Assembly: GCA_039803205.1 (NCBI GenBank)
Contig: JBDRYB010000002.1
Span: 96,243 to 160,242 of the forward strand
DNA: 64,000 bases
Source of the DNA: a candidate division WOR-3 bacterium
GTDB taxonomy: Bacteria > Hydrothermota > Hydrothermia > JBDRYB01
Reading direction: 5' to 3'
Position 1 is the stretch's first letter; each line of letters starts with the position of its first letter. Both the position numbers and the translations under genes were made by a program. Under the pieces are notes generated by a model. That model did not search any database, had not been told where the DNA came from, and saw only the letters and a program-made list of their open reading frames with translations. This document shows, piece by piece, positions 46,225 to 57,126 of this stretch.

Positions 46225-47880
46225 ATGGCCGTTCACGAATACAAACCCGTAAGAGCCCCGAGGGGCACTCAGCTGACATGCAAGTCATGGCAGACAGAGG
46301 CTCCCATGCGCATGCTGATGAACAACCTTGACCCTGAGGTCGCGAAGGACCCAGCAAACCTCATAGTCTACGGCGGAACAGGCAGAGCCGCGAGGAGCTG
46401 GGAGGCTTACCACGCGATACTTCAGGCGCTAAGAGAGCTTGAGCTTGATGAGACCCTTCTCGTTCAGTCCGGAAAACCAGTTGGGGTTTTCAAGACGCAC
46501 GAGTGGGCCCCCCGTGTCCTCATAGCTAACTCAAACCTCGTTGGTAAGTGGGCGAACTGGGAATATTTCCGCGAGCTTGAGGAGCGAGGCCTCATCATGT
46601 ATGGCCAGATGACGGCTGGCAGTTGGATATACATAGGGACTCAGGGCATCCTCCAGGGAACCTACGAGACATTCGGCGCGGCCGCGAGAAAGTTCTTTGG
46701 GGGCACCCTCAAGGGCAGAATAGTTGTCACTGCTGGTCTGGGGGAGATGGGTGGAGCTCAGCCCCTTGCCGCTACCCTTAACGGTGGGGTAATGATAGCG
46801 GTTGAGGTCAACCCTTGGGCAATAGAACGGAGGCTAAAGCACGGGTATCTTGATAAGGAAACTAGGAGCCTTGATGAGGCGCTAGAGCTTGCCACGAAAG
46901 CGGCTGATAAAGGGGAAGCGCTCTCGGTTGGCCTCCTCGGCAACATAGCCGATGTCCTTCCCGAGATGGTCAAAAGGGGGTTCGTTCCGGACATCCTTAC
47001 TGATCAGACCGCGGCTCACGACCCCCTGAACGGATATATTCCCTCTGGGTATACGGTGGAGGAGGCCGCTGAGCTCCGAAAGAAACCCGATGAATACATA
47101 GCCAGGGTAAAGGATTCCGTGGCAAGACATGTCTCAGCCATGCTGGAGCTCCTCAGAAAAGGCGCAATAACCTTTGAATACGGCAATAACCTGAGGCGTC
47201 TCGCTTATGAGGCCGGGGTCTCAGATGCTTTTGAGATAAAAGGCTATGTTCCGCATTTCATCCGGGATCTTTTCGCGCAGGGTTCAGGCCCTTTCAGGTG
47301 GGTAGCGCTTTCTGGTGAGCCTGAGGATATATTCAAGACGGACAGGAAGGTTCTTGAGCTCTTTCCGGACAACGATCACCTCAGGCGCTGGATAGAGCTC
47401 GCTGGGAAAAGGGTGAAGTTTCAGGGTCTTCCCGCGAGGATATGCTGGCTCGGTCAGGGGGAGCGAGCTGAGTTCGGCCTGGCGATAAACGAAATGGTAA
47501 GAAAGGGGGAATTGAAGGCTCCTATTGTGATAGGCCGGGATCACCACGATACCGGGTCCGTCGCGTCCCCGTTCCGGGAAACAGAGGCAATGGCTGACGG
47601 CTCTGACGCCATCGCTGACTGGCCCATCCTGAACGCCATGCTCAATGTCGCATCAGGGGCCACATGGGTTTCCTTCCACCACGGAGGAGGCGTTGGCATA
47701 GGATACTCCCTTCACGCTGGAATGGTTGTTGTTGCTGATGGCACGAAGGAGATGGATGTCCGGCTTGAGCGTGTATTGACGAATGATCCGGGCATTGGCG
47801 TCATCAGGCACGCGGACGCTGGATACGAGATAGCCAAAGAGACAGCCAGGAAACATGGCCTGAAAAGGCCTATGGAATAA
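46225..47880 (+). CDS. hutU: Urocanate hydratase
   Basis: [45 protein letters not shown]. Confidence 0.98.
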   Translation: MAVHEYKPVRAPRGTQLTCKSWQTEAPMRMLMNNLDPEVAKDPANLIVYGGTGRAARSWEAYHAILQALRELELDETLLVQSGKPVGVFKTHEWAPRVLIANSNLVGKWANWEYFRELEERGLIMYGQMTAGSWIYIGTQGILQGTYETFGAAARKFFGGTLKGRIVVTAGLGEMGGAQPLAATLNGGVMIAVEVNPWAIERRLKHGYLDKETRSLDEALELATKAADKGEALSVGLLGNIADVLPEMVKRGFVPDILTDQTAAHDPLNGYIPSGYTVEEAAELRKKPDEYIARVKDSVARHVSAMLELLRKGAITFEYGNNLRRLAYEAGVSDAFEIKGYVPHFIRDLFAQGSGPFRWVALSGEPEDIFKTDRKVLELFPDNDHLRRWIELAGKRVKFQGLPARICWLGQGERAEFGLAINEMVRKGELKAPIVIGRDHHDTGSVASPFRETEAMADGSDAIADWPILNAMLNVASGATWVSFHHGGGVGIGYSLHAGMVVVADGTKEMDVRLERVLTNDPGIGVIRHADAGYEIAKETARKHGLKRPME

Positions 47881-47884
47881 CCTC

Positions 47885-49162
47885 ATGCTTCCCATTTTTA
47901 TCCTATCAACCCATTGGTTTGCTGAGCTTCTGACCGTTGACGCAGAGGCATACGCGAGCTCGGTGATCCAAACATCCGATGGTGGATACCTAATAGGAGG
48001 AGATATAGAGGACCCCCAGACCACGAACCCGGACCTGTTCCTTATAAAGCTCTCAAAGGAAGGCTCTCTGGAGTGGGCGAAGATATACGAGACCACAGTC
48101 GGCCATCTTTCCTTCCTCATTCAGACGAGCGATGGAGGCTACGCGCTCGCTGGCTCCACATGGTATCCCCTGAATGTCAAGTCCGAGTTTTTGCTCGTCA
48201 AACTGAAGCCCGATGGCTCTGTTGAGTGGGCGAGAAGCTATGGTGGCAGGCTTCACGATGAGGCGAATTCAATAATCCAGACAAAGGAAGGCGGTTATCT
48301 CTTGATCGGGGAGACGAGGAGCTATGGGGCCGGGGAGAGCGATGTGCTGGTCATCAGAACAGATCCGAGGGGGAATCCCATATGGGCCAAGGCCTATGGG
48401 GGTGAAGGGAACGAGAGCGCTCGCTCTGCTGTGATGGTTGAGGACGGCTATGTTATTGCAGGAACCACGACCAGCTTCGGGTCCGGCGGAGAGGATGTCC
48501 TGGTTATGAGGGTATCGGCCGACGGTTCGTTGAAGTGGGCTAATGCTTACGGCTTTGATGCATACGAAGAGGCATTTTCTTTAGTCCAGGCAGATAAAAA
48601 AGGTTATTTTATCTCAGGCTGGACGGATAGCTTTGTGCCTGATGGGGACCGAGACGCTCTCTTTATCAGGCTCAGGCCTGATGGCTCTCTGATGTGGGCA
48701 AAGAGATTGGGGCTTCCAGAGAACTGGGAGGAGGCCCGTTCATTGGTGCAGGCCAGAGACAAGGGCCTCGTCGCGGCGTGCTTTGCTGAGATACCGAGGG
48801 GTTGGTCACAGGACATTCTGGTGGTTAAGGTAACCGAATCAGGAGAGCTCGCTTGGGCGAAAACCTTCGGAGATAACAGTGAAAGGGACATGGCCTCCTC
48901 GTTGATTCAGGCAAAAGATGGGGGCCTTGTGATTGCCGGGACAACATCTGTTTCAATACTCACGAATTTCCTCGTGCTGAAGATTTCCCCTGAGGGGAAG
49001 GGCCTGAATTGCCTGATGGATTACTCCCCTGAGGTCTCGGGCCTTGAGCTCCGGGTTTCTCCTTCTGGTCTCTCAGTTGAAGATTGCTCTGTTTTCAGCG
49101 ATCCCCAGGAAATAAATATCAGGACGCCCGGATTCATAAGAGCCAGAGGTCTTTGCGAATAG
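47885..49162 (+). CDS. Secreted beta-propeller protein (same repeat family, no sorting domain)
   Basis: IQTSDGGY...WAK.YG repeats; ends at GLCE. Confidence 0.78.
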   Translation: MLPIFILSTHWFAELLTVDAEAYASSVIQTSDGGYLIGGDIEDPQTTNPDLFLIKLSKEGSLEWAKIYETTVGHLSFLIQTSDGGYALAGSTWYPLNVKSEFLLVKLKPDGSVEWARSYGGRLHDEANSIIQTKEGGYLLIGETRSYGAGESDVLVIRTDPRGNPIWAKAYGGEGNESARSAVMVEDGYVIAGTTTSFGSGGEDVLVMRVSADGSLKWANAYGFDAYEEAFSLVQADKKGYFISGWTDSFVPDGDRDALFIRLRPDGSLMWAKRLGLPENWEEARSLVQARDKGLVAACFAEIPRGWSQDILVVKVTESGELAWAKTFGDNSERDMASSLIQAKDGGLVIAGTTSVSILTNFLVLKISPEGKGLNCLMDYSPEVSGLELRVSPSGLSVEDCSVFSDPQEINIRTPGFIRARGLCE

Positions 49163-49195
49163 CGCGCGGATTGCCATGGCCATCATAATTAGGAT

Positions 49196-50317
49196 GTGCT
49201 CAGAGAAATAGAGGATAACCCTCTTGTAAGAGCCCTATCAGAGGCCCTCTCAGGCCTTGATGTCTATCTCGTCGGTGGTGTGGTTCGTGACGCGCTTTTG
49301 GGAAAGCCCTGTCTTGATGTTGATGCGGTTCTGGTCCCGAAAGCCGATCCGCCCGGCGAGTTCAAAAGGGCTTTGTCCCTCCTTGAGAAGCGCTTTGGAA
49401 TTAGGGGCATAAAGAGCCAGTTCTTCACTGGAAAGTTCAGCCTTGGAGAAGGAGAAGTTGACCTCGCCCTGGCCAGAACCGAGGAATACCCTGAGCCAGG
49501 CTCTTTGCCGGCTGTTCGTCCCGCATTCAGCCTTGAGGAGGATCTCAGAAGGAGGGATTTCACGGTCAATGCAATTGCTCTGAGCATGTCAGGTCAGATG
49601 ATTGATCCCCTCGGGGGTGAAGATGATCTCAGAGCCAGGGTTCTCAGGGTCATATACAGGGGTAGTTTCAAGGATGACCCAACGAGGGCGCTCCGGGCGA
49701 TCAGATATAGATACCAGCTCGGGTTTTCCTACGCGCGAGAGACCGAGGAGGAGTTCGCCCTGGCCAGGAAACACATGGCCAGTGTCTCTTTTGAACGGAT
49801 AAAACACGAGCTGGAGCGCTCATCCGAAAGGCCGGAAAGGATGAAAATTTGGCCTGAGATGGTGCAAAGAGGCCTTCTCCGAGGCAAAATACCCTCTATT
49901 GGGGTGCTTGAAGCGCTTTCTGAGAGGGTTGGGTTCACTGCGGATTCCTGGGTAATGTTCTACGGGCTCATCTCAGAGGATATTCCGGTTGGACTCACGA
50001 GAAAGGAGAGGGGTATCCTGAGCCACATCATCGCGAACAAGCTCAAGGAATTCTCTTGTCTATCCGAAGCGCACGAGGCCTTGAGAAAAGCGCCTGATGA
50101 GGCCATTCTAGTGCTTGGGGTTTTGAACCCCCTCTTGGAGGATTACAGGAAAATGAGGCCTGTGGCAAAACCCCTGATCAAGGCTGAGGAGATGGAGGAG
50201 ATGGGCTTCGTGGGGGCTAAGCTCGGGAGGGCTATTTTGGAGCTGGAAAAGGCCAGACTGGAGGGAAAATTGAAAACCAGGGCAGAGGAGGCTGATTTCC
50301 TGAGAGGGCTTTCTTAA
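49196..50317 (+). CDS. Class II tRNA nucleotidyltransferase (CCA/A-adding family)
   Basis: YLVGGVVRD.LLG...D.D, RTEEY..PGSLP.V, DL.RRDFTVNA, DDPTR..R..RY, ERI..E. Confidence 0.92.
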   Translation: MLREIEDNPLVRALSEALSGLDVYLVGGVVRDALLGKPCLDVDAVLVPKADPPGEFKRALSLLEKRFGIRGIKSQFFTGKFSLGEGEVDLALARTEEYPEPGSLPAVRPAFSLEEDLRRRDFTVNAIALSMSGQMIDPLGGEDDLRARVLRVIYRGSFKDDPTRALRAIRYRYQLGFSYARETEEEFALARKHMASVSFERIKHELERSSERPERMKIWPEMVQRGLLRGKIPSIGVLEALSERVGFTADSWVMFYGLISEDIPVGLTRKERGILSHIIANKLKEFSCLSEAHEALRKAPDEAILVLGVLNPLLEDYRKMRPVAKPLIKAEEMEEMGFVGAKLGRAILELEKARLEGKLKTRAEEADFLRGLS

Positions 50318-50472
50318 CGCGTGCTGTCTTGGCCCATTTCTAAGCTCCCTTAAGTCCTTCTTGGATAGCTTAGCCAAGTATCTCCTTGGAGTCTCATAAG
50401 GGAGACCCGCTATCTCAAGGTCAGCTCTTAGTTTTGAGCGAACTTGGCTCTCAAAGAGAGGAGGGCACCGCA

Positions 50473-51387
50473 TCACCTCAGAAGGGACATAAGAGCTATA
50501 CCGAGCACGGTCAGAGCTATCCCTGCCCACCGTAACCAACCGATCCTTTCCCCGAGAAACATCCCAGAAAGGATGGCCGCGAACAAGGGGCTTGTTGACG
50601 AGATGGGCGAGACAACATATATCTGCCCGATCTTCAACGCGTTTATGAAAAGGAAAGCGCTCCCCGCATCGTGGAGGACTCCAGCTGCGGCTATCCTCCC
50701 CCAATCCCTCAGGCTGATCCCTCGGATCCCCTTCCAATAAAAGGCCAGGGCCACGCTCACCACGATCACCGACGCGAAGAAGACCCTGAGCCAAACAGCC
50801 GTCATCAGGGGCGCCTCGTGCGATAGCGTTTTGAAGACCACATTGTTCACCCCCCAGGAGACCGCTGTGAGGCCAGCAAAAACCCATGACTTTCTGGTTT
50901 GGATGGTTTTGGGCGAATCCATGTATAAAAGCCATATCCCTGCTAGGATGATGGCGGCCGCGACCATGGAGAGAGGCCTTGGCACGACCGAATAAACCAT
51001 GAAATCAACGAGTATTGCCAAAGGCGGATAGGAATTGACTCCGGGCGAGACCAAGGAGACATCCATTCCGCGCATGGCCTTCAGATAAAAGAACCATGCC
51101 GCGACGGGGCCGAGCATGGCGCCCAAGAAACCTAGTAGCCATGCCCTTGGGCTTATGTGGAGAAACCAGCCGGGATCAAGCGCCGCGACCAAGAGGCTCA
51201 CAGCGAGGAAACCCGATGAGAGCTTGATCGCGTTCAGGGCAAACGCAGGGTAGCGCTCAGATGGCCTCTTCAGGATCACCGGAGTGAGTCCAGAGAGGGC
51301 CGCGGCGCCGAGGGCAGAGAGAACCGCCAGCACTAGAGGTAAAATTATATTGCTAGCATCTTGAACGAGCTTGATCCGGGGCATCAA
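50473..51387 (-). CDS. DMT/EamA family transporter
   Basis: Two EamA-like repeats, P...TSPLFA...FLGER; start uncertain. Confidence 0.85.
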   Translation of the reverse strand: MMPRIKLVQDASNIILPLVLAVLSALGAAALSGLTPVILKRPSERYPAFALNAIKLSSGFLAVSLLVAALDPGWFLHISPRAWLLGFLGAMLGPVAAWFFYLKAMRGMDVSLVSPGVNSYPPLAILVDFMVYSVVPRPLSMVAAAIILAGIWLLYMDSPKTIQTRKSWVFAGLTAVSWGVNNVVFKTLSHEAPLMTAVWLRVFFASVIVVSVALAFYWKGIRGISLRDWGRIAAAGVLHDAGSAFLFINALKIGQIYVVSPISSTSPLFAAILSGMFLGERIGWLRWAGIALTVLGIALMSLLR

Positions 51388-51438
51388 GCTGGCCTATAAT
51401 TTGATAATGTATCTCAATAACAACAAGGAGCATCCTTC

Positions 51439-51723
51439 ATGAGACGAAAAATTTTTATAGCACTCATCTTTCTGGCCCTGTTCGCGGCTATCCACCTTGC
51501 TGGGGATCTGGTTCCGGTCAGACTGCCCTTTTTCGGGACATCTGAGAGCGTCTGGGAACACCTCAAGATGGGCTGGTGGAGCTACGGCCTCGCGTATGGC
51601 ATATCCTGGGCAATAACTCGGAAAGGTAGCCTCGCTGGGCTTTTCACGGGCACGCTTCTCTTCGTGGTTTACACATACAATGCTCCCCCCTTTGACCTGT
51701 TTCAGGAACCACCTCTCCCATGA
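51439..51723 (+). CDS. Small membrane protein (DUF6512-like), possibly truncated
   Basis: ESVWEHLKM motif; AAGGAG RBS; ATGA overlap with feoB. Confidence 0.6.
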   Translation: MRRKIFIALIFLALFAAIHLAGDLVPVRLPFFGTSESVWEHLKMGWWSYGLAYGISWAITRKGSLAGLFTGTLLFVVYTYNAPPFDLFQEPPLP

Positions 51724-53597
51724 AGATAGCCCTCCTCGGTCAGCCGAACACCGGCAAGAGCAGCTTCTTCAACCGGGTCGCTGGGGTAAAGGCCAGGACA
51801 TCAAACCTTCCTGGCACCACCGTCAGGGTTCACGAGAGCCCCATCCGGGTTGATGGCGATGAGATACTCCTAGTTGATCTGCCTGGAACATACTCGCTTA
51901 CACCCCTTGATCCAGCGCAGGCCGAGGTATTGAGCTACCTAATAAAGGGGGATATATCGGGCCTGATAATCGTTCTGGACGCGACGGCGCTCGCGCGAGG
52001 CCTTGAATTGGCAATAGAGGCCGCTGAGCTGGGGATCCCTATGGTTCTCGCTTTGAACTTCTGGGATCAGGTTCCGAGGAAGGGGATTGAGATAGACGCG
52101 GATAGGCTCTCTGAGATCATGGGGGCAAAAGCGCTGGCATGCTCAGCTCTGCACGGCAAGGGAATACCCGAGATCCTAAGGGAGGCCGTGTCCGCGGCAA
52201 AAGCGGGGAGTCCTCCTGAACCGCTGAGATACTCTAGCGATGTGGAATCAACAATAGCCAAAGTGGAAAGGAGGATACCGGGCAGATTCGGGGCCATAAA
52301 AGCGATTGAGGGGCTTGAAGGGCCTTTTGGTTCTCTGGATGAGGAAACCAGAAATGCAATAAGGGAACTTGAGTCCTCAAGGGGGAGGCCCGGCTGGGAG
52401 ATCATGGCGGCCGAGCGGCATCACCTTGCCATGAGGACAGCTGAGAGGATAACCTCAAGGCTCTCCGAGAGGCCATCGCTTTCATCGAGGGTGGACAGGT
52501 TCGTGCTTCATCCGCTCTGGGGCTCGCTAACAGCCCTTTTGGTATTCGGGTTTTTCTTTTGGGCGATATTTTACCTCGGAAGGCTCATAGAGGGGTTAAC
52601 CCTGGCTCCCCTGGAAGCGCTTTTTTCAAATATCGTCGCGCCAATCCAAGGGAAGCTCTTGGGCGCAATAGCCAGTGCCGCGCTGGACGCGATCCTGGGC
52701 ACCCTCGGCATCGTCTTTCCGTATTTCATCCCCCTCATCTTCTTCATGGCCATAGCCGAGGACCTGGGATACCTTCCGAGGGTGGCGCACATGACCGATG
52801 GCCTGCTTCACAGGATGGGGCTTCACGGAAAGGCAGTGATACCTTTCATCCTCGGCTACGGCTGCTCTGTTCCTGCCGTGGCCGCTGTGAGGATAATGGA
52901 GAGCAGGCGGGATCGTGTGCTTACGGGCATCCTAGCGCCCCTTATACCCTGTTCCGCTAGGACAACCATTATCTTGGGCCTTGTCGGATATTTTCTCGGG
53001 GGGTTCTGGGCTCTGGCTATCTACATCCTAAACATCCTGGTCATAGGGGTGATCGGGACCCTGCTCTCCCGGCTCAGAGGGGGCGAATCGTGGGGAATGG
53101 TGATGGAGATACCCCCATACAGATTGCCAACACTACGCTCGGTTTGCCTCAATGTCTGGCTTCAGCTCAAGGAATTTCTCGCTGTGGCCTTTCCCCTTCT
53201 CATCCTTGGTTCGGTCCTGCTCGGCCTCCTTGATTACTGGAACATCAAAGGCCTGATTGATTTCGCTCTTTCTCCATTTGTCTCAGGGCTTCTCGGGCTT
53301 CCAAAGGAGCTCGGGGCACCTCTTGTTTTCGGTTTTCTGAAAAAGGAACTCGCCCTCATCATGGCCGCGACAGCCCTTTCTGTTTCGCCAACAAACATAA
53401 ACACCGCACTGTCTCCCATTCAGATAATGGTCTATACGGTTTTCGCGGTGTTTTATGTGCCGTGTCTGGCGACAACATTAATGACATGGCGCGAGCTGGG
53501 TTGGAAGCCTGCCTTAGGCGCGGCTGGGCTCAGCCTCGCTGTGGCAACGATAATGGCGCTGGTGATAAGGGCCCTGGGGGCAGTGTTGAGCCTCTGA
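51720..53597 (+). CDS. feoB: Ferrous iron transporter B
   Basis: GQPNTGKS, N.PG.TV, DLPGTYSL, G.GCSVPA, PCSAR, YVPCLAT. Confidence 0.95.
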   Translation: MKIALLGQPNTGKSSFFNRVAGVKARTSNLPGTTVRVHESPIRVDGDEILLVDLPGTYSLTPLDPAQAEVLSYLIKGDISGLIIVLDATALARGLELAIEAAELGIPMVLALNFWDQVPRKGIEIDADRLSEIMGAKALACSALHGKGIPEILREAVSAAKAGSPPEPLRYSSDVESTIAKVERRIPGRFGAIKAIEGLEGPFGSLDEETRNAIRELESSRGRPGWEIMAAERHHLAMRTAERITSRLSERPSLSSRVDRFVLHPLWGSLTALLVFGFFFWAIFYLGRLIEGLTLAPLEALFSNIVAPIQGKLLGAIASAALDAILGTLGIVFPYFIPLIFFMAIAEDLGYLPRVAHMTDGLLHRMGLHGKAVIPFILGYGCSVPAVAAVRIMESRRDRVLTGILAPLIPCSARTTIILGLVGYFLGGFWALAIYILNILVIGVIGTLLSRLRGGESWGMVMEIPPYRLPTLRSVCLNVWLQLKEFLAVAFPLLILGSVLLGLLDYWNIKGLIDFALSPFVSGLLGLPKELGAPLVFGFLKKELALIMAATALSVSPTNINTALSPIQIMVYTVFAVFYVPCLATTLMTWRELGWKPALGAAGLSLAVATIMALVIRALGAVLSL

Positions 53598-53600
53598 GAG

Positions 53601-55034
53601 CTATTTTTTTATTGACCGGTTTATAAGCCAGAGAATCAGAGCAACCACAACCCACTGAAGGACCGCTGTCGCTATGGTGAACCTTCCGAATGGGTTCCAC
53701 CAAGGCTCGCCCCAGCTCAGGGATTGCCAGAACCACCAGGCCATGAGAACTACAAAGGAAACCGGCACAGCGCCCACCAAGAAGACCCACAGAAACCAAG
53801 GCGGAATCGGGAAGTCTGATACCCTGGTTATATCCTCTGACATCCTCTTTATGCCGTATTTCAAGGATGCTATGACGAAGAAGACTCCTGATAGAAGCAA
53901 CCCGAGTCCCCAGACCCAGTCCTGGTTCTTGAAGAAATCCACCGAAAGCGCTGAGGGAATGCCCATGATGAACATCACTGAGCCAACAAGCCATGTCGCC
54001 TTTCCCCTTGGGACCCCCCAATCCATCACAACCCGAACCGGGAGCTCAACGAGGGATATGAGCGAAGCGACGGCCGCGAGGAAAAGCCCAAGAAAGAAAA
54101 GTATGGCCAGGATGTTGCCCAGGGGGAGACGGGTCAGGAGCACAGGGAGCCAAACGAAGGAAAGGCCCTCGTTCCCAGAGGCGAGGACCTGCATGGCCTC
54201 GGCCTGGGAGAGGAAGACGAAAACCGTCGGGATTATTGCCATGCCAGCCACGAGGGAGGCTATGTTGTCCGAAAGGCCTATGACGAGGGAGTTCAGCGAT
54301 ATGTCCTCGTTCTCCTTTGTGTAGACAGCGTATGTGAGGAGAAGGCCCCACCCAGCCCCTATGCTCCAAGCGGACTGGGTGAAACCAGCGAGCCATGTCT
54401 TTGGGGAGAGGAGGAATTCTTTCTTTACGGAAAACAGATAAACAAGCCCTTTTGATGCTCCCGGGAATGTCAAAACAGCTACTGCAAGTATGACCAGTAT
54501 AATGAAAAGCGCTGGCATCATAAGGGTGTTAGCGAGCTCTATTCCCTTAGCGATGCCTCTAGCGACGATTATCAGAACCAGACCAAGGGATATCGCTTGA
54601 AAGAGAACAGTCCACGGGGTTCCAACGAATCCATCCCAAATTGCCTGGGCCTGAATGTGGGTGAGGCCAGAGAAACCCGGCCAAACGCTCAGAAAGAGGT
54701 ATCTCAGGCACCATCCGGTCACCACAGCATAGTAAAAGGCTATAGCGGTTGAAACAAGGGCCACGAACCCGCCTATCCAGCCGTTTCTCTTGCCCAGGAC
54801 CTCCGCGAATGTTGCTACTACGCCTCTTCTGGTGTGTCTCCCGAGAACCATCTCAGCCATGAGAAGGGGAAACGACCAGACCAAAAGGGCTATCATCCAG
54901 GTTATAACGAGGGCGCCTCCCCCCTCGGAACCAGCGACCCTGGGAAAGCGCCAGATGTTTCCTGTGCCCATGGCCATTCCGAGTGAAGCGAGGATAAATC
55001 CGAGCCTGGTTGTGAACTGTTCCTTCTTCGCCAA
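53601..55034 (-). CDS. Sodium-dependent transporter (NSS/SNF family)
   Basis: GMAMGTGNIWRFP...GGG, 11-12 TM segments. Confidence 0.92.
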   Translation of the reverse strand: MAKKEQFTTRLGFILASLGMAMGTGNIWRFPRVAGSEGGGALVITWMIALLVWSFPLLMAEMVLGRHTRRGVVATFAEVLGKRNGWIGGFVALVSTAIAFYYAVVTGWCLRYLFLSVWPGFSGLTHIQAQAIWDGFVGTPWTVLFQAISLGLVLIIVARGIAKGIELANTLMMPALFIILVILAVAVLTFPGASKGLVYLFSVKKEFLLSPKTWLAGFTQSAWSIGAGWGLLLTYAVYTKENEDISLNSLVIGLSDNIASLVAGMAIIPTVFVFLSQAEAMQVLASGNEGLSFVWLPVLLTRLPLGNILAILFFLGLFLAAVASLISLVELPVRVVMDWGVPRGKATWLVGSVMFIMGIPSALSVDFFKNQDWVWGLGLLLSGVFFVIASLKYGIKRMSEDITRVSDFPIPPWFLWVFLVGAVPVSFVVLMAWWFWQSLSWGEPWWNPFGRFTIATAVLQWVVVALILWLINRSIKK

Positions 55035-55080
55035 GATGGAAATTATACTATATCAGGAATCCCGGGGAAAACTCCGGGCC

Positions 55081-56949
55081 CTAATAGGGCCTCAGAACGG
55101 ATGGGACATGTTCTACTTGTTCTATCAGTCCTGCCTCGCGGAGTTCCAGGAGGAATTCCCTTATATCCTCTTCTTCAGCAGATGGATACTCCGCCTTCAG
55201 GAACTCCATTATCTCGCGGAAACTGCGCCTGCCGTTTATGAGGAAAACTGCCTCGGTGAGTATTCTCGGATAATCGGGATCCCTCATCATCCGCTCTATG
55301 AACCCTCTGTGTCTATCTGGTTTGCCTGAGAAGAAGGTTCTCATGTAAAGAGGAGCCTTGAAGTTTCTCCTGAACACAGGCCCGCCTATGCTGAAGAAGA
55401 TGTCCTCTATGCCGAGCTTACTCGCGAGCTCCCTGTAGCCCTCATCTGTATCCGCGACGATTCTGTATGGCTCCTCTCTTGTCACCGCAAAAGAAAGAGC
55501 CCCTTCCCTTCTCTGGGCCCAGAGAAGGGCGAGACGCTCAGGCGCGGCCTCGGTTTCACGCGAGAGATCCTCTTCTGTTCCATCAATCAAGGTCTTTATT
55601 ACCTTCCTGGTCATGTCATGCTCCCAGCACCCGAGCCACAGCGCCACTGAAACGACTGAGCCCACAAGGATCATCTCCTCCGAGGATACCTTGTCCGGAG
55701 TATCTGCTGATGAGTGATAAAATAGGTCTGGCCAGTGGCCTATCATCACCGTTGGAACGCCGATCGTCGGGTCAGAGAGGATATAGTGATCGGATCCGCC
55801 GCTGAAATCCTGCCTCTTGAATGACCAGTATTCCGGCAATCTAAATATCTTGGATGTCTTGACCTCTTTGATGATCCCCTCTATAAGATAACCCATGAAA
55901 CACGGCAGGCTCCAGGGAGAAGGTTCTATTATGAGCTGCCCCTTGGTCTTCTCCTGATCCTCTCCAACCATGTCAAGGTCAATCCCAGCGAGAAACCTGC
56001 GGACCATCTCAGGCTTCTCGTGTGCCAGGGCCACTGTCCCGAACATCTCCGGAACCCATACGAATGTGATGCTCTTTGAGGGCTGGGGTAGGTCACCGGA
56101 AGAGATGAGTCTCTGGAGGGTTATCGCTATTTCAGCCGCAAGGGCTGATCCAGAAGCGTTATCGTTCGCGCCCGGGCGCGGATGGCAGAGGTGAGCTACG
56201 ATGACTATCCCGTCCGGCTCCTTACCCCGGATCCTGGAGATGAGAACCCTCCCCGTTCCTTTGAAGTTCTCCGCATCAACGCTCACATGAACCTCAAGCG
56301 GATTTCTGCTCAACTTTCTTCTTATGTCCCTGGCAGACCTGTGAGTGATAGCAAAGGCCGCGCCGGCCCCGGTAAAATTAGGAAACATCCCAGCATAGGA
56401 ATAAATGTCCTGCATCAGGAGTTTTACTCTACCTATGGATTTGTCCTCTTTCGGCATGTGGTCAAAGAGGACGCATGCCGCTTCGTATTTCTCAATAGCG
56501 AGCGGATAAACAACGCTCGGATGGCCGGTCGCCAGGACCGCCTTTCCCCTCACATCCTTTCCGTAATAATCCTCGTCCTTTGTTCCCGCGCCAACGCTCA
56601 CGAGAGGAAATCTGCCCTCCAGGGATGATGAACCAGGAACCAAGCTTATGGGATTCTCCGAGTAATCGCAAATGGTAATGGGATTTTTGGCAATGAGGGT
56701 GAGCTTCCCTTTTCTGGCATTCCAGGCGGGAGGCATCCTCCATGTCCAGTAATCCGTTTCGCCGTCCAAAGGAAATGTGAAGACCTCGTTTTCAACACCA
56801 GCGGAATCCAGCTGTGCCTTCAGGAAATCCAGGGCAGAATCGTAGCCGGGTGAACCTCTTATTCTGTGGAACTCGCTTAGAGCGCAGACGAGCTCCATCA
56901 CCCTTCCGCGGCTAAGCTTCTGCAAAAAGAACCTGGCTATCCTCAGCAT
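55081..56949 (-). CDS. M28-type aminopeptidase with PA domain (DUF4910-like)
   Basis: AHLCHP.PGANDNASG, VPEMFG, LDMVG, GSDH, YHSSADT. Confidence 0.85.
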   Translation of the reverse strand: MLRIARFFLQKLSRGRVMELVCALSEFHRIRGSPGYDSALDFLKAQLDSAGVENEVFTFPLDGETDYWTWRMPPAWNARKGKLTLIAKNPITICDYSENPISLVPGSSSLEGRFPLVSVGAGTKDEDYYGKDVRGKAVLATGHPSVVYPLAIEKYEAACVLFDHMPKEDKSIGRVKLLMQDIYSYAGMFPNFTGAGAAFAITHRSARDIRRKLSRNPLEVHVSVDAENFKGTGRVLISRIRGKEPDGIVIVAHLCHPRPGANDNASGSALAAEIAITLQRLISSGDLPQPSKSITFVWVPEMFGTVALAHEKPEMVRRFLAGIDLDMVGEDQEKTKGQLIIEPSPWSLPCFMGYLIEGIIKEVKTSKIFRLPEYWSFKRQDFSGGSDHYILSDPTIGVPTVMIGHWPDLFYHSSADTPDKVSSEEMILVGSVVSVALWLGCWEHDMTRKVIKTLIDGTEEDLSRETEAAPERLALLWAQRREGALSFAVTREEPYRIVADTDEGYRELASKLGIEDIFFSIGGPVFRRNFKAPLYMRTFFSGKPDRHRGFIERMMRDPDYPRILTEAVFLINGRRSFREIMEFLKAEYPSAEEEDIREFLLELREAGLIEQVEHVPSVLRPY

Positions 56950-57126
56950 GGGCTCAATTATAGCTTTTTTGTAAATACTCAGTCAAGTCGCGTTGGCTCA
57001 GATCAACTCTTCCCAACACGCTCCAAAACGGGAACTTATCATCAGAAACCAAAACACCAGGCCCTTCTGTGGCACAAAATGATCCTCATGCAGTAATTTA
57101 CCCGGCGTGCCTTCCTGGCTTAAAAT

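Noticed and set aside
50108..50935. 275-aa minus-strand ORF
   Set aside because: Alternative frame overlapping the EamA gene and antisense to the nucleotidyltransferase; no recognisable motifs.
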